NCBI GenBank assembly: GCA_963798255.1 | Contig: CAWCSM010000007.1 | Span: 364,274 to 428,273, forward strand | Length of the DNA stretch: 64,000 bases | Direction: 5' to 3' | Origin: an uncultured beta proteobacterium | GTDB lineage: Bacteria > Pseudomonadota > Gammaproteobacteria > Burkholderiales > Burkholderiaceae_C | Shown here: positions 9,219 to 17,900 of the stretch, piece by piece | How the letters are laid out: each line of letters opens with the position of its first letter | How positions within the stretch are numbered: position 1 is the stretch's first letter | Notes under the pieces: model-generated | What the model saw: only the letters and a program-made list of their open reading frames with translations | What the model was told of the DNA's origin: nothing | The model's database searches: none | Position numbers and translations under genes: made by a program

Positions 9219-11479
9219 AGTCCGCCGGCGGCGTGCTGGACGATCGCGGCAGCACATCGCCGATCGTGCGCCTGGGCCTGGTCGATGCCGACCCCAGCGG
9301 CCGGGGCGACGCCGATTTCGGCCTCGACGCGTTGCGCCGCGCACGCGCCTTCGCCGAGCCGCTGCTGGCCGGCCAGCAGCTCGACACCGGTGAAGATGCG
9401 ATGGCCCATGCCGAAGGAGTGGCCGCCATCTTGCAGGCCATCGGCGCGGCGCCGTCGATGCGCGCTGCGGCTTACCTGGTCTATGCCGGCGACTACCTGC
9501 AGCGGCCCGAAGACGTGGTGCACAAGGCCTTCGGTGCGTCGTACGCTGGCCTGGTCGGGCACACGCGCCGGCTGGTGCAGATCCAGCGCTCGGCACGCGA
9601 CGCGCAGCTCGAAGCCGAACGGCGTGCGCAGCAGACCGAGCGCGTGCGCAAGATGCTGCTGGCCTTCGCCAGCGACCTGCGCGTCGTGCTCCTGCGCCTG
9701 ACCTCGCGGCTGCAGACGCTGCGCTACTACGCGGCCAGCCGCGAAGCCTGCCCGCGTGCGCTGGCGCAGGAATCGATGGAAGTGTTCGCGCCGCTGTCGA
9801 ACCGGCTCGGCATCTGGCAGCTGAAGTGGGAGATCGAGGACCTGGCCTTCAGGTCGCTGCAACCCGTCGAATACCGGCGCATCGCCGCGCTGATGGACGG
9901 CAAGCGCGCGCAGCGCGAAGCCGCCGTCGAAGCGGCGCGCAGCCGCATGACCCATGAACTGGCCGAGGCGGGCATTCGCGCCGAGGTGCAGGGCCGCCCC
10001 AAGCACCTGTACAGCATCTGGAAGAAGATGCAGGGCAAGGGCATCGCCTTCGAGCACGTGTACGACCTGCATGCGCTGCGCGTCATCGTCGATGACGTCG
10101 ACGACTGCTACGCCGTGCTGGCCAGTGTGCACCAGCGCCACAGCCCGGTCAGCGGCGAGTTCGACGACTACATCGCCAAGCCGAAGGGCAACGGCTATCA
10201 GTCGCTGCACACGGTGGTGCGCGACGACGAAGGCGCCGCGCTGGAGGTGCAGATCCGCACCCGCGAGATGCACGAGCACGCCGAGTTCGGCGTGGCCGCG
10301 CACTGGGCCTACAAGGAAGCCGGTGCACGCGGCTATGCCGGCGTCCAGGCCGCCGGCGCCTCGGAAGAACGCATCGCCGAGGCCCGTCGCGCGGTGCTGC
10401 ATCAATTGCTGGCCTGGGAGCGCGAGGTGGCCGGCGATCAACCCGCCAAGGCCGGAGCCGACACCCGCGCCGACGAGCGCATCTACGTGCTCACGCCGCA
10501 GGCCTCGATCATCGAACTGCCGGTGCTGGCCACGCCGGTGGATTTCGCCTACCGGCTGCACACCAGCGTGGGCCACCGCTGCCGCGGCGCGCGTGTCGAT
10601 GGTGTGCTGGTGCCGCTGCACACGCCGCTGACCAACGGGCAGACGGTCGAGATCATCACCAGCAAGGAAGGCGGACCTTCGCGCGACTGGCTCAATCCCG
10701 AACTCGGGCTGCTGCGAAGCCCGCGTTCGCGCGCCAAAGTGCGCGCCTGGTTCCATGCCCAGGAGCAGGCCTCGACGGTGGCACGTGGCCGCGAGCAGGT
10801 GGAAAAGCTGTTGCAGCGCGAAGGCCGGACAGCGCTGAAACTCGAGCAGCTGGCCACGCAGCTGGGTTTCGCGCAGGCTGACGCACTGTTCGAAGCAGTG
10901 GGCAAGGAAGAGTACTCGCTGCATCAAATCGAAGCGCTGCTGCGGCCGAGCGCGCCCGCCCCCAGCGCCGATGATCTGATCGCGTTGCGCCAGGCGCGAA
11001 CGCCGGCCGCGCGCGACCCGGGCGGGGTGTTGGTGGTGGGCGTCGAATCGTTGCTCACCAGCCTGGCGCGCTGCTGCCGCCCGGCGCCGCCCGATGCCAT
11101 CGGCGGCTTCGTCACACGCGGCAAGGGTGTGGCGGTTCACCGTGCCGACTGCAGCAACCTGCGGCACATGCTCTCGCGTGCCCCCGAACGGCTGATCGAC
11201 GTCGGCTGGGGCGCACAACGGGGTGATGCTGCTGCGGTCTATCCGATCGATCTGCTGGTCGAAGCCGAGGACCGCCAGGGCCTGCTGCGCGACATCACCG
11301 AACTGCTCGCTAAGGAGAAGATGAATGTCAGCTCGGTGCACACCCATTCGGTGAAGGACGCCCGCGGTCACACCGCATGGATGACCTTCACCGTCGAGGT
11401 GAGCGGCACCGCGAGGCTGGCGCAAGTGCTGGCCCAGGTGGCCAAGGTGAGCGGTGTGCGCAGCGCGCGAAGGCGCTGA
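9215..11479 (+). CDS. relA: (p)ppGpp synthetase, RelA-type long RSH
   Basis: RPKHLYSIWKKM, EFDDYIAKPKGNGYQSLHT (ExDD type), EVQIRT, then TGS, CC and ACT domains. The HD hydrolase motif is degenerate (AAYLVYA), as in RelA. Confidence 0.93.
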   Translation: MKSAGGVLDDRGSTSPIVRLGLVDADPSGRGDADFGLDALRRARAFAEPLLAGQQLDTGEDAMAHAEGVAAILQAIGAAPSMRAAAYLVYAGDYLQRPEDVVHKAFGASYAGLVGHTRRLVQIQRSARDAQLEAERRAQQTERVRKMLLAFASDLRVVLLRLTSRLQTLRYYAASREACPRALAQESMEVFAPLSNRLGIWQLKWEIEDLAFRSLQPVEYRRIAALMDGKRAQREAAVEAARSRMTHELAEAGIRAEVQGRPKHLYSIWKKMQGKGIAFEHVYDLHALRVIVDDVDDCYAVLASVHQRHSPVSGEFDDYIAKPKGNGYQSLHTVVRDDEGAALEVQIRTREMHEHAEFGVAAHWAYKEAGARGYAGVQAAGASEERIAEARRAVLHQLLAWEREVAGDQPAKAGADTRADERIYVLTPQASIIELPVLATPVDFAYRLHTSVGHRCRGARVDGVLVPLHTPLTNGQTVEIITSKEGGPSRDWLNPELGLLRSPRSRAKVRAWFHAQEQASTVARGREQVEKLLQREGRTALKLEQLATQLGFAQADALFEAVGKEEYSLHQIEALLRPSAPAPSADDLIALRQARTPAARDPGGVLVVGVESLLTSLARCCRPAPPDAIGGFVTRGKGVAVHRADCSNLRHMLSRAPERLIDVGWGAQRGDAAAVYPIDLLVEAEDRQGLLRDITELLAKEKMNVSSVHTHSVKDARGHTAWMTFTVEVSGTARLAQVLAQVAKVSGVRSARRR

Positions 11480-11515
11480 ATCGTTGCCGCACCGCTGCTA
11501 GAATCTCCTTTTCTC

Positions 11516-11592
11516 AGGCGCGTAGCTCAGCTGGTTAGAGCACCACCTTGACATGGTGGGGGTCGATGGTTCGAGTCCATTCGCGCCTACCA
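11516..11592 (+). tRNA. tRNA-Val (anticodon GAC)
   Basis: AGGCGCG acceptor stem, D-arm TAGCTCAGCTGGTTAGAGC, anticodon arm CCACC-TTGACAT-GGTGG, TTCGA T-loop and encoded CCA. A TAGAAT -10 box lies just upstream. Confidence 0.97.
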
Positions 11593-11648
11593 AATTCGGT
11601 AGAGGAATCAAGCACTTGGCGGAAACGCCCGGTGCTTTTTTCTTGTCG

Positions 11649-11669
11649 GTACGGAAATAGTACGGAAAT
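11649..11669 (+). repeat. Tandem GTACGGAAAT x2 (11-bp period), integrase arm-type site candidate
   Basis: GTACGGAAAT-A-GTACGGAAAT about 57 bp downstream of the tRNA-Val CCA. Confidence 0.6.
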
Positions 11670-11699
11670 GTGTTGAGACTCGCCAGCATCGGGTAGCCC

Positions 11700-11890
11700 T
11701 CCAAGTGAGTGCGCAGTGGATAGACGAGGTACCGCTACCAGGAGACGTTGCGCCAGTGAGGTCGATCGACCCAGACCAGCTCATGTTCACGTTCGCCCCG
11801 TCCTCGTAGAGGAAGACGTTAACGACACCCGCGTTCGTTGTAGTCGCGAACGCGAAAGTGACTGCGATCGCTGGACGTTTCGCGGAATCT
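11700..11890 (-). pseudogene. 5' fragment of a secreted (PEP-CTERM-like) protein
   Basis: KRPAIAVTFAFATTTNA|GVVNVFLYEDGANVNMSWSGSIDLTGATSPGSG is a signal-peptide-like stretch plus a beta-rich N-terminus, with no plausible start codon or C-terminus. Confidence 0.4.
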
Positions 11891-11898
11891 CGCGCCAA

Positions 11899-11919
11899 AC
11901 GGCAACAGTACGGCAACAG
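11899..11919 (+). repeat. Tandem ACGGCAACAG x2 (11-bp period), arm-type site candidate for the adjacent integrase
   Basis: ACGGCAACAG-T-ACGGCAACAG, with further CGGCAA copies near 11947 and 11979, upstream of the integrase ATG at 12035. Confidence 0.6.
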
Positions 11920-12034
11920 AATCGCCTACGGACAAGTTATCAGTTGCGGCAACCGACCTACGGATATCGTGACAGAAACGGCAAGCAGACCCTCGTCCAC
12001 TAAGACATCGGACGCCAAGAGTCCGCGAGGCGGC

Positions 12035-13444
12035 ATGGTCACCGCGCGTGAGATCGAGGCCGCTTCCGGCAAAGCCAAGTCCAACGGGAAGGATGTGTGG
12101 CTGACCGACCCAGGAGCCCGAGGGCAGGGCCGTTTCACCGTGCGCTGCACAGGTGCCGGCGCGCGGGTGTGCATGTATCGCCATACGCGCGCCGATGGCA
12201 CACGCGATGTCCTGAAGGTGGCCGACTACGACCCGCGCGGCGTCGCCGGCATGACGCTGCATGAGGCGCGTCAGAAGGCCGGCGAACTCGCTCGATTGGC
12301 GGCGGGTGGCAACAACCTACGCGCGCTGTTCAGCGAGAAGGAGCAAGCCAAGGTCGCGGCCGAAGAGGCTGTAGTTGTGGCCAGGCGAGAGGCCGAGCGC
12401 GGAAGTCTGGATGCGCTATTGCGGGTCTATGTGACCACGCTCGACGGCAGGCAGTCGCACTACGACGCCCAGTCCATCTTCAAGCTTCACGTGAGTGGTC
12501 CATTTCCGAAACTCGTCGCCCGGCCCGCTGCGCAGGTCACGGCTGAGGAGCTGCGGGACGTTCTGGCGCGGCTGATTGACGCCGGCAAGGGCCGCACTGC
12601 GGCGAAGCTGCGAGCCTACCTGCGAGCGGCCTTTGGCTTGGCCATGCGGGCGGGCCTCGATCCAACCCTGCCTGAGGCGCTAACAACGTTCGAAGTTCGA
12701 AGCAATCCCGCCGACAGGCTGCCGAGCCTGGCGCAATTCTCGAGAGCGCTGGATCGAGCGTTGACCTTGCCTGAGCTTCATGCGTTCTGGCGTCGCGTCG
12801 ACACCGCAGCCGATAGTCCGGCGAGAGATGCGTTGATCGCCTGCATGTATCTGGGCGGTCAGCGGCCGACGCAGTTGCTTCGGTTGACGCCTCGGTTGGT
12901 TAACGTGTCCGGTGCTACCGTGACGCTGTTGGACCCCAAAGGGCGGAACCGCCATGCCAACCCGCGTCGACATGTCCTGCCCATTCATGAAGACTTGATG
13001 CCGGCAATCTGCCGGCGCTTGTCGCAGACCGAGGGTGTCGAGTCGCCGATGTTCAGCACATCCGGGCGCGTGCCGCTGCGCAAGGAGACGATGGCGGCCC
13101 TAGTCGAAGAAATTGAGAAAGCGATGCAGGAAGCAGGTGAACTTGAGCGCGGATCGTTTTCGATGCGGGATCTTCGACGTACGGCGGAGACGCACATGGC
13201 AGCGCTTGGCATATCAAGCGATGTCCGCGCGCAGATTCAATCGCACGGTCTCGGCGGCATTCAGGCGCGCCACTACGACCGCCATGACTACATGCCTGAG
13301 AAACGAACCGCGCTGGCGCTGTGGGCGCAGCGGTTCAGGGGCACAGGCTCACCGCTTTTTGCGGTCCGAACCCGATGCCAACCAACAGAGTCACGATGCG
13401 CCGAATCCGAGAGACATTGCGCCTGCACCTGCAGGCCGAGCTGA
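12035..13444 (+). CDS. P4-like tyrosine integrase with N-terminal arm-binding domain; the last ~35 codons come from the IS21 remnant
   Basis: Arm domain (KDVWLTD...GRFTVRCT...YRHT...LHEARQKA), catalytic box GQRPTQ, DPK, RDLRRTAET, QSHG and HYDRHDY. After WAQRFRG the ORF reads through the istA start region. Confidence 0.88.
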   Translation: MVTAREIEAASGKAKSNGKDVWLTDPGARGQGRFTVRCTGAGARVCMYRHTRADGTRDVLKVADYDPRGVAGMTLHEARQKAGELARLAAGGNNLRALFSEKEQAKVAAEEAVVVARREAERGSLDALLRVYVTTLDGRQSHYDAQSIFKLHVSGPFPKLVARPAAQVTAEELRDVLARLIDAGKGRTAAKLRAYLRAAFGLAMRAGLDPTLPEALTTFEVRSNPADRLPSLAQFSRALDRALTLPELHAFWRRVDTAADSPARDALIACMYLGGQRPTQLLRLTPRLVNVSGATVTLLDPKGRNRHANPRRHVLPIHEDLMPAICRRLSQTEGVESPMFSTSGRVPLRKETMAALVEEIEKAMQEAGELERGSFSMRDLRRTAETHMAALGISSDVRAQIQSHGLGGIQARHYDRHDYMPEKRTALALWAQRFRGTGSPLFAVRTRCQPTESRCAESERHCACTCRPS

Positions 13445-14138
13445 GCTACAACGAGGTTGGGCGCACGCTCAAGATCTCCAAGAGCGTGGTGGGCAAGTAC
13501 GTGTCGCTGGCCCGCGCGGCCGGGGTCGACTGGGCGCTCGCCCAGACCCTCAGCGACGAGGCCCTGGAAGCCCGGCTTTACCGCCCGGCAGTGCCGCGCG
13601 CCAGCCACCAACTGGCGCCCGATTTCGCCGTCGTGCACCAGGAGCTCAAGCGCGCCGGCGTCACGCTGATGCTGCTGTGGGAGGAGTACGCCGGCAACAA
13701 CCCGCTGGCCTACAAGTACACCAGCTTTTGCATCAAGTACCGCGAGTTCGCGCTGCGCCAACAGCGCTCGATGCGCCATGTGCACATCGCTGGCGAGAAG
13801 CTGTTCGTCGACTACGCCGGTTCCACGGTGCCCATCGTCGATGCGAGCACCGGCGAGATCACCCAGGCGCAGATCTTCGTGGCCACGCTAGGCGCATCGA
13901 ACTACACCTTCGCCTGCGCCACGGCGCGCCAGACCACCGAGGACTGGATCGGCGCGCAGGTGCTGGCGCTGGAGTTCATCGGCGGCTCCCGCGCCTGATC
14001 GTGCCCGACCAGACGCGCTCGCTCATCAAGACGCCCGACCGGTACGACCCTGAACCCAACCGCACCTACGAGGAACTTGCCAAGCACTACGGCTGCGCGG
14101 TGCTGGCCGCACGCCCGGCGCATCCGCGCGACAAGGCT
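13375..14138 (+). pseudogene. istA: IS21-family transposase IstA remnant (frameshift at ~13987, truncated at ~14138, no istB)
   Basis: MPTNRVTMRRIRETLRL HTH, LLWEEY, YTSFC, GEKLFVDYAG, VATLGASNYTF. It continues in another frame as LIVPDQ...RPAHPRDKA and stops just before the KVE glutamate. Confidence 0.92.
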
Positions 14139-14256
14139 TGGACTTCATAGTGCACCTTGTGTGGATGGTTGAGCGGCGATGAACCGGGCGGGCCGGCCGC
14201 CGTAGCGGCCTCGAAGAACATAAGGGCGAGCGAAGGCGGGCCGGAAAGGAGGCTCT

Positions 14257-15300
14257 ATGGCCCGACCTGAAGGACTCTACCGGCGACCGGATTCGGCCAG
14301 CTGGTGGATCAATGCAACGCTCCCCAACGGCCAGCGCATACGGCAAAGCGCTGGGACTGAAAACCGAGAGGATGCCCAGGCGCTGCTTGCCAAGCTCAAG
14401 CTCGACGCCTACCGAGGGCATCACTTCGGCATCAAGCCCCAGCGGTCATGGCAAGAGGCCGTTATCCGGTATCTCGAACTGAAACGGAGTTTGCGAAGCT
14501 TTGCGGACCTGCAGCGAATCTGCCGACTGCTCGACCCGTACCTGGGTGCAGCGATGCTCAATCAGATCAATGGCGACATGATCTGGCGCATCGTCCAGGG
14601 CGAGTTGAAGAAGGGCAACAAACCTGCAACGGTGAACCGCTACCTCGCCACGACCCGCAGCGTGCTCCGCATGGCGCGCGACGAATGGCAGTGGCTGGAC
14701 ACCATCCCGAAAATTCGTTTGCTTCGCGGCGAGATCGAGCGGGATCGCTGGCTGACGCGTGCTGAAGCCGATCGTTTGATCGCCTGCAGCGCTAAGCATC
14801 TGGCGGCCCTGGTGCGGTATGCCCTGGCAACAGGCTGCCGCGCTGCCGAGATCACCGGCCTGGAATGGGAACGGGTGGACCTGGCGCGCAATACGGCCTG
14901 GCTCAACCAAACCAAGAACGGGACGCCTCGGGGGGTGCCTTTGAATGTGGATGCAGTGCAAGTGTTGAGAGAGCAAATCGGCAAGCATCCTCGCTTCTGT
15001 TTCACCTACGAAGGCCAGCCCTTGCGGGCGGACGTGACCAACACGGCATGGCATTCGGCGTTGAGGCGGGCGGGGATCAAGGACTTCCGCTTTCACGATC
15101 TACGGCACACCTGGGCGTCTTGGCATCGGCAGGCGGGAACGTCCTGCGACGAGCTCAAGGACCTGGGCGGCTGGAAGTCGCGGCAGATGGTCGACCGCTA
15201 TGCCAAGTTTGCGACAGAGAACCTGTTGTCCGCGGCGTCTCGAATCGAGCGCGGGAGAGGGCAGGGCGTGACGCTCGCGTCACGCTCTTGTCACGGCTAG
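14257..15300 (+). CDS. Phage-type tyrosine integrase adjacent to the tRNA-Asn 3' end
   Basis: Strong AGGAGG RBS. Complete catalytic set: [29 protein letters not shown] and RY. Ends 44 bp from the tRNA-Asn CCA. Confidence 0.93.
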   Translation: MARPEGLYRRPDSASWWINATLPNGQRIRQSAGTENREDAQALLAKLKLDAYRGHHFGIKPQRSWQEAVIRYLELKRSLRSFADLQRICRLLDPYLGAAMLNQINGDMIWRIVQGELKKGNKPATVNRYLATTRSVLRMARDEWQWLDTIPKIRLLRGEIERDRWLTRAEADRLIACSAKHLAALVRYALATGCRAAEITGLEWERVDLARNTAWLNQTKNGTPRGVPLNVDAVQVLREQIGKHPRFCFTYEGQPLRADVTNTAWHSALRRAGIKDFRFHDLRHTWASWHRQAGTSCDELKDLGGWKSRQMVDRYAKFATENLLSAASRIERGRGQGVTLASRSCHG

Positions 15301-15344
15301 AAAAGACGAAAGCCCTACGCTCGCGCGTAAGGCCTTGATTTTAT

Positions 15345-15420
15345 TGGCTCCCCGACCTGGGCTCGAACCAGGGACCTACGGATTAACAGTCCGGCGCTCT
15401 ACCGACTGAGCTATCGAGGA
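15345..15420 (-). tRNA. tRNA-Asn (anticodon GTT)
   Basis: Reverse complement TCCTCGATAGCTCAGTCGGTAGAGCGCCGGACTGTTAATCCGTAGGTCCCTGGTTCGAGCCCAGGTCGGGGAGCCA. A TATAAT -10 box lies at 15431-15436 (minus strand). Confidence 0.97.
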
Positions 15421-15467
15421 TCAGCCGAAAATTATAGCGGCCTTCGGCATGCGCTCCGGCATGCCGG

Positions 15468-17633
15468 TCACAGGCTGGCCTGCAGCGACAGTGCGAAGGT
15501 GCGCGGCGCCAACGGAAACAGATAGACGTGCGCGAACTGGAACGGCGATTCGCGCCATGCGCCCTGGTCACCGACGTTTTCCACGCCCGCACGCCACACC
15601 AGCCGCGTGGATCCCACCGTGTGCGCATAGCGCAGCCCGATATCGATGCTGCCGTAGCCCGGGATCTGCTGGCTGTTGTCGGGCAACACCATGCGGTTGC
15701 TTTCGTACAGGCCATTGGCCTGCAGTTCGAGCCCCGGCACCGCCGGCACGCGATATCCCGCTTGCAGCTTCAGTGTGTAGGCGGGCACGTTGGTCGGGCG
15801 CAGGCCGTTGATGGCAGCGTCGATGCTGCCTTCGCGCCGCGCCTGCAATGCCATCGCACCGCCGCCCAGGCGCCAGTCGCCCAGGCTGGCGGCCAGGCCG
15901 ATCTCCAGCCCGCGGTGCGCCTGGCTGCCGTCGCGCTGGCGAGAGCAGCTGTCGGCGATGTCGCAGTTGCCGATGTCGGCTGACACCGGCCGGTCGATGT
16001 CGAAGGCGGCCACCGTCCATTCGGCGCCGTGGGCGATGCCCTTGGCGCCCAGTTCGATCTGGCGGCTTTGCAGCGCCGCCAACGGCTGGCCGCGGTTCAT
16101 GTAGATCGGCTGGTTCGGTGCCACGTCCGATTCATAGCCGGTGCCCCAGCTGGCATAGACCAGCGGCCCGTTGTCGATCTGGTGCGTCAGAGCCAGCCAA
16201 GGTGCGCTGAAGCTCTGGCTGAATTCGATCGCTTCGCTGCCGTCGGTGAGTTCGCTGCTCACGCGCTGCCAGGTGTGACGCAAGCCCAGCAACAGCTGGG
16301 TGCGGTCGTTCAGCGCCACCGCATCGCGCAGATAGAGCTCGCTCGAGCGTGCGTCGCGGTTGGTGCTTTCGGTGGTGGCGGCAGAAGCCGGCGGCGTGAA
16401 CAGCGTGCCTTCGACATTGCCGATGCCGGCGTAGTTGAAGGCTTGCAGCTCGAAGCGGTTGCGCACACGGCTGAACTGCGCGCCGACCGTCAATGCATGC
16501 TGCAACGGCCCGGTGGCGACGTTGCCGTTCAGCGCCACGTCGATGACGTTGGTGGTGCGCTTTTCGTTGTCGCTGCGAAAGTCGTACAGGTCGTAGGTGC
16601 CGTCGCTGCAATAGCGGTCGTAGGTGTTCTCGGCGCTGCAGCCGTACGGGAAGGCCAGCCGGTCGTCCGACTTCATGTTCTGGCTGGACGCATGCGCCAC
16701 CCAGTTCCACTGCGCATCGAGCTTCTGGCGCCAGCGCAGTGATCCGGTGGTGGCATCGAACACGTTGGGCAGCGACCACGGCTGGTTGTTCAGGTTGATC
16801 CTCGGGTTGCCGGGGTCGGGCAGCACGTTGCCGAGCAGGCTGAAGCCGGGTACGCTGGGTTGCGAGCGGTGCGAGCTTTCGATCTCGGCTTCGAACAGCG
16901 CGCCGGGCAGCGCGCGCCAGTCGAAGGCCAGCGCCGCCAGGCTGCGGCTGCCGTCGGCCGAATACACCTGAGGATCGAGGTTGGCGTAGGCGGCGTTCAA
17001 CCTGACGCCGAATTCGCGCTGCGTGCCGAAGCGCTGTCCCAGGTCGGTCGATGCCAGCACGGTGGCGTCCTGGCGCCAGCTCAAGTAGGCCTCGCGGATC
17101 GGCGCATCGGTCGGGCGCTTGACGTTGATGTTGACCAGGCCGCCCGGCGAGCCGACCCCGGCGAGCATGCCGCTGGTGCCCTTGAACACCTCGATGGCCG
17201 ATTTGTTGTCCAGCGGGATCGGCGTCTCGGCGCTGATCGGCAAGCCGTCGCGGCGGTAGTTGAAGCGGTTGTCGATGACGAAGCCGCGCACGGTGAGAAA
17301 GTCCCAGTAGCCATCAGCGTTGTAGCCGTCGCCCACCGACGGGTCGAGTCGGGCGATGTCGGCCAGGCGCTGCACGCCGTTGTCGCGCATTTGTTCGGCC
17401 GTGGTCACGCTCACCTGCATCGGCAGCTTCGACAGCGAGATGTCGCCGAAGCCGGTGATGGCGGCAAGAAACCTCTCGCCGGTGATGTTGACGGTCTGCG
17501 TGGCGACGGACTGCGTGTCGCCTTGTGCGTTCGACGTGCCAGCGGCACTCACGGCGATGCAACAAGCAATGCAAGACGAGATGCGCCAGGCCGGTGGCCG
17601 TGCGTGAAGCATGAAGCGGGTGGTGAATGCCAT
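15468..17633 (-). CDS. TonB-dependent outer-membrane receptor, probably for thiamine or a precursor (start approximate)
   Basis: Signal peptide, TonB box (TQTVNITG), plug motifs (VRGF...YRRDG, IEVFKG, PGGLVN) and a beta-barrel pattern. Preceded by a TPP riboswitch. Confidence 0.9.
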   Translation of the reverse strand: MAFTTRFMLHARPPAWRISSCIACCIAVSAAGTSNAQGDTQSVATQTVNITGERFLAAITGFGDISLSKLPMQVSVTTAEQMRDNGVQRLADIARLDPSVGDGYNADGYWDFLTVRGFVIDNRFNYRRDGLPISAETPIPLDNKSAIEVFKGTSGMLAGVGSPGGLVNINVKRPTDAPIREAYLSWRQDATVLASTDLGQRFGTQREFGVRLNAAYANLDPQVYSADGSRSLAALAFDWRALPGALFEAEIESSHRSQPSVPGFSLLGNVLPDPGNPRINLNNQPWSLPNVFDATTGSLRWRQKLDAQWNWVAHASSQNMKSDDRLAFPYGCSAENTYDRYCSDGTYDLYDFRSDNEKRTTNVIDVALNGNVATGPLQHALTVGAQFSRVRNRFELQAFNYAGIGNVEGTLFTPPASAATTESTNRDARSSELYLRDAVALNDRTQLLLGLRHTWQRVSSELTDGSEAIEFSQSFSAPWLALTHQIDNGPLVYASWGTGYESDVAPNQPIYMNRGQPLAALQSRQIELGAKGIAHGAEWTVAAFDIDRPVSADIGNCDIADSCSRQRDGSQAHRGLEIGLAASLGDWRLGGGAMALQARREGSIDAAINGLRPTNVPAYTLKLQAGYRVPAVPGLELQANGLYESNRMVLPDNSQQIPGYGSIDIGLRYAHTVGSTRLVWRAGVENVGDQGAWRESPFQFAHVYLFPLAPRTFALSLQASL

Positions 17634-17700
17634 CGTGTTTCCCATGTCGATGGCAGGTCGGCGATGCCGCAGCACTCACCTGATGGGTGGCACTGGGCCG

Positions 17701-17790
17701 AGCTTCCCTGCGCGAGGATTACCTCAATCAGGTTCAAAGGGACTTTCTCAGTCGGAAGCCGCGCAAGGCCGCTTCCAACACCCCTAGCGA
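17701..17790 (-). ncRNA. TPP (thiamine pyrophosphate) riboswitch
   Basis: Minus strand reads CGCTAGGGGTG...CTGAGAAAGTCCCTTTGAACCTGATTGAGGTAATCCTCGCGCAGGGAAGCT, with the hallmark GGGG, CUGAGA, CCC-UGAACCUGA and GUAAU...AGGGAA elements. Confidence 0.93.
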
Positions 17791-17844
17791 ATGCGCCGCT
17801 GCAAGCCGCGGCGCGGTCAAACTATAACGTCAGGTGCCGACGCC

Positions 17845-17875
17845 AACAAAAACGGGCTCGCCATGGCGAGCCCGT
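17845..17875 (-). terminator. Intrinsic terminator after the FNR gene
   Basis: Perfect inverted repeat ACGGGCTCGCC-AT-GGCGAGCCCGT followed on the minus strand by TTTTTGTT. Confidence 0.8.
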
Positions 17876-17900
17876 GATCAGTGATGGGCCCATCGCCGCG

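Larger units (their letters stand above)
11593..15344. mobile_element. Decayed integration hotspot / genomic islet between convergent tRNA-Val and tRNA-Asn
   Basis: Bounded by two tRNA 3' ends. Contains two tyrosine integrases, an IS21 transposase remnant, arm-site-like repeats and a gene fragment. Codon usage looks less GC3-biased than the flanks (qualitative). Confidence 0.85.

Noticed and set aside
9215-9700. Degenerate HD motif in the RSH protein as a novelty
   Set aside because: Loss of the hydrolase HD motif is the normal state of proteobacterial RelA.
11649-11919. Short tandem repeats as a CRISPR array
   Set aside because: Only two 10-bp units each, with no spacers and no cas genes. 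No CRISPR array was seen anywhere in the window.
11858-12034. N-terminal extension of the P4-like integrase
   Set aside because: It runs through the arm-site repeats and is low-complexity. The ATG at 12035, after GAGG, matches where the arm-binding domain begins.
11593-15344. Complete prophage/ICE or a defence island
   Set aside because: No structural, replication, conjugation or defence genes, and no second att copy of either tRNA 3' end was found.
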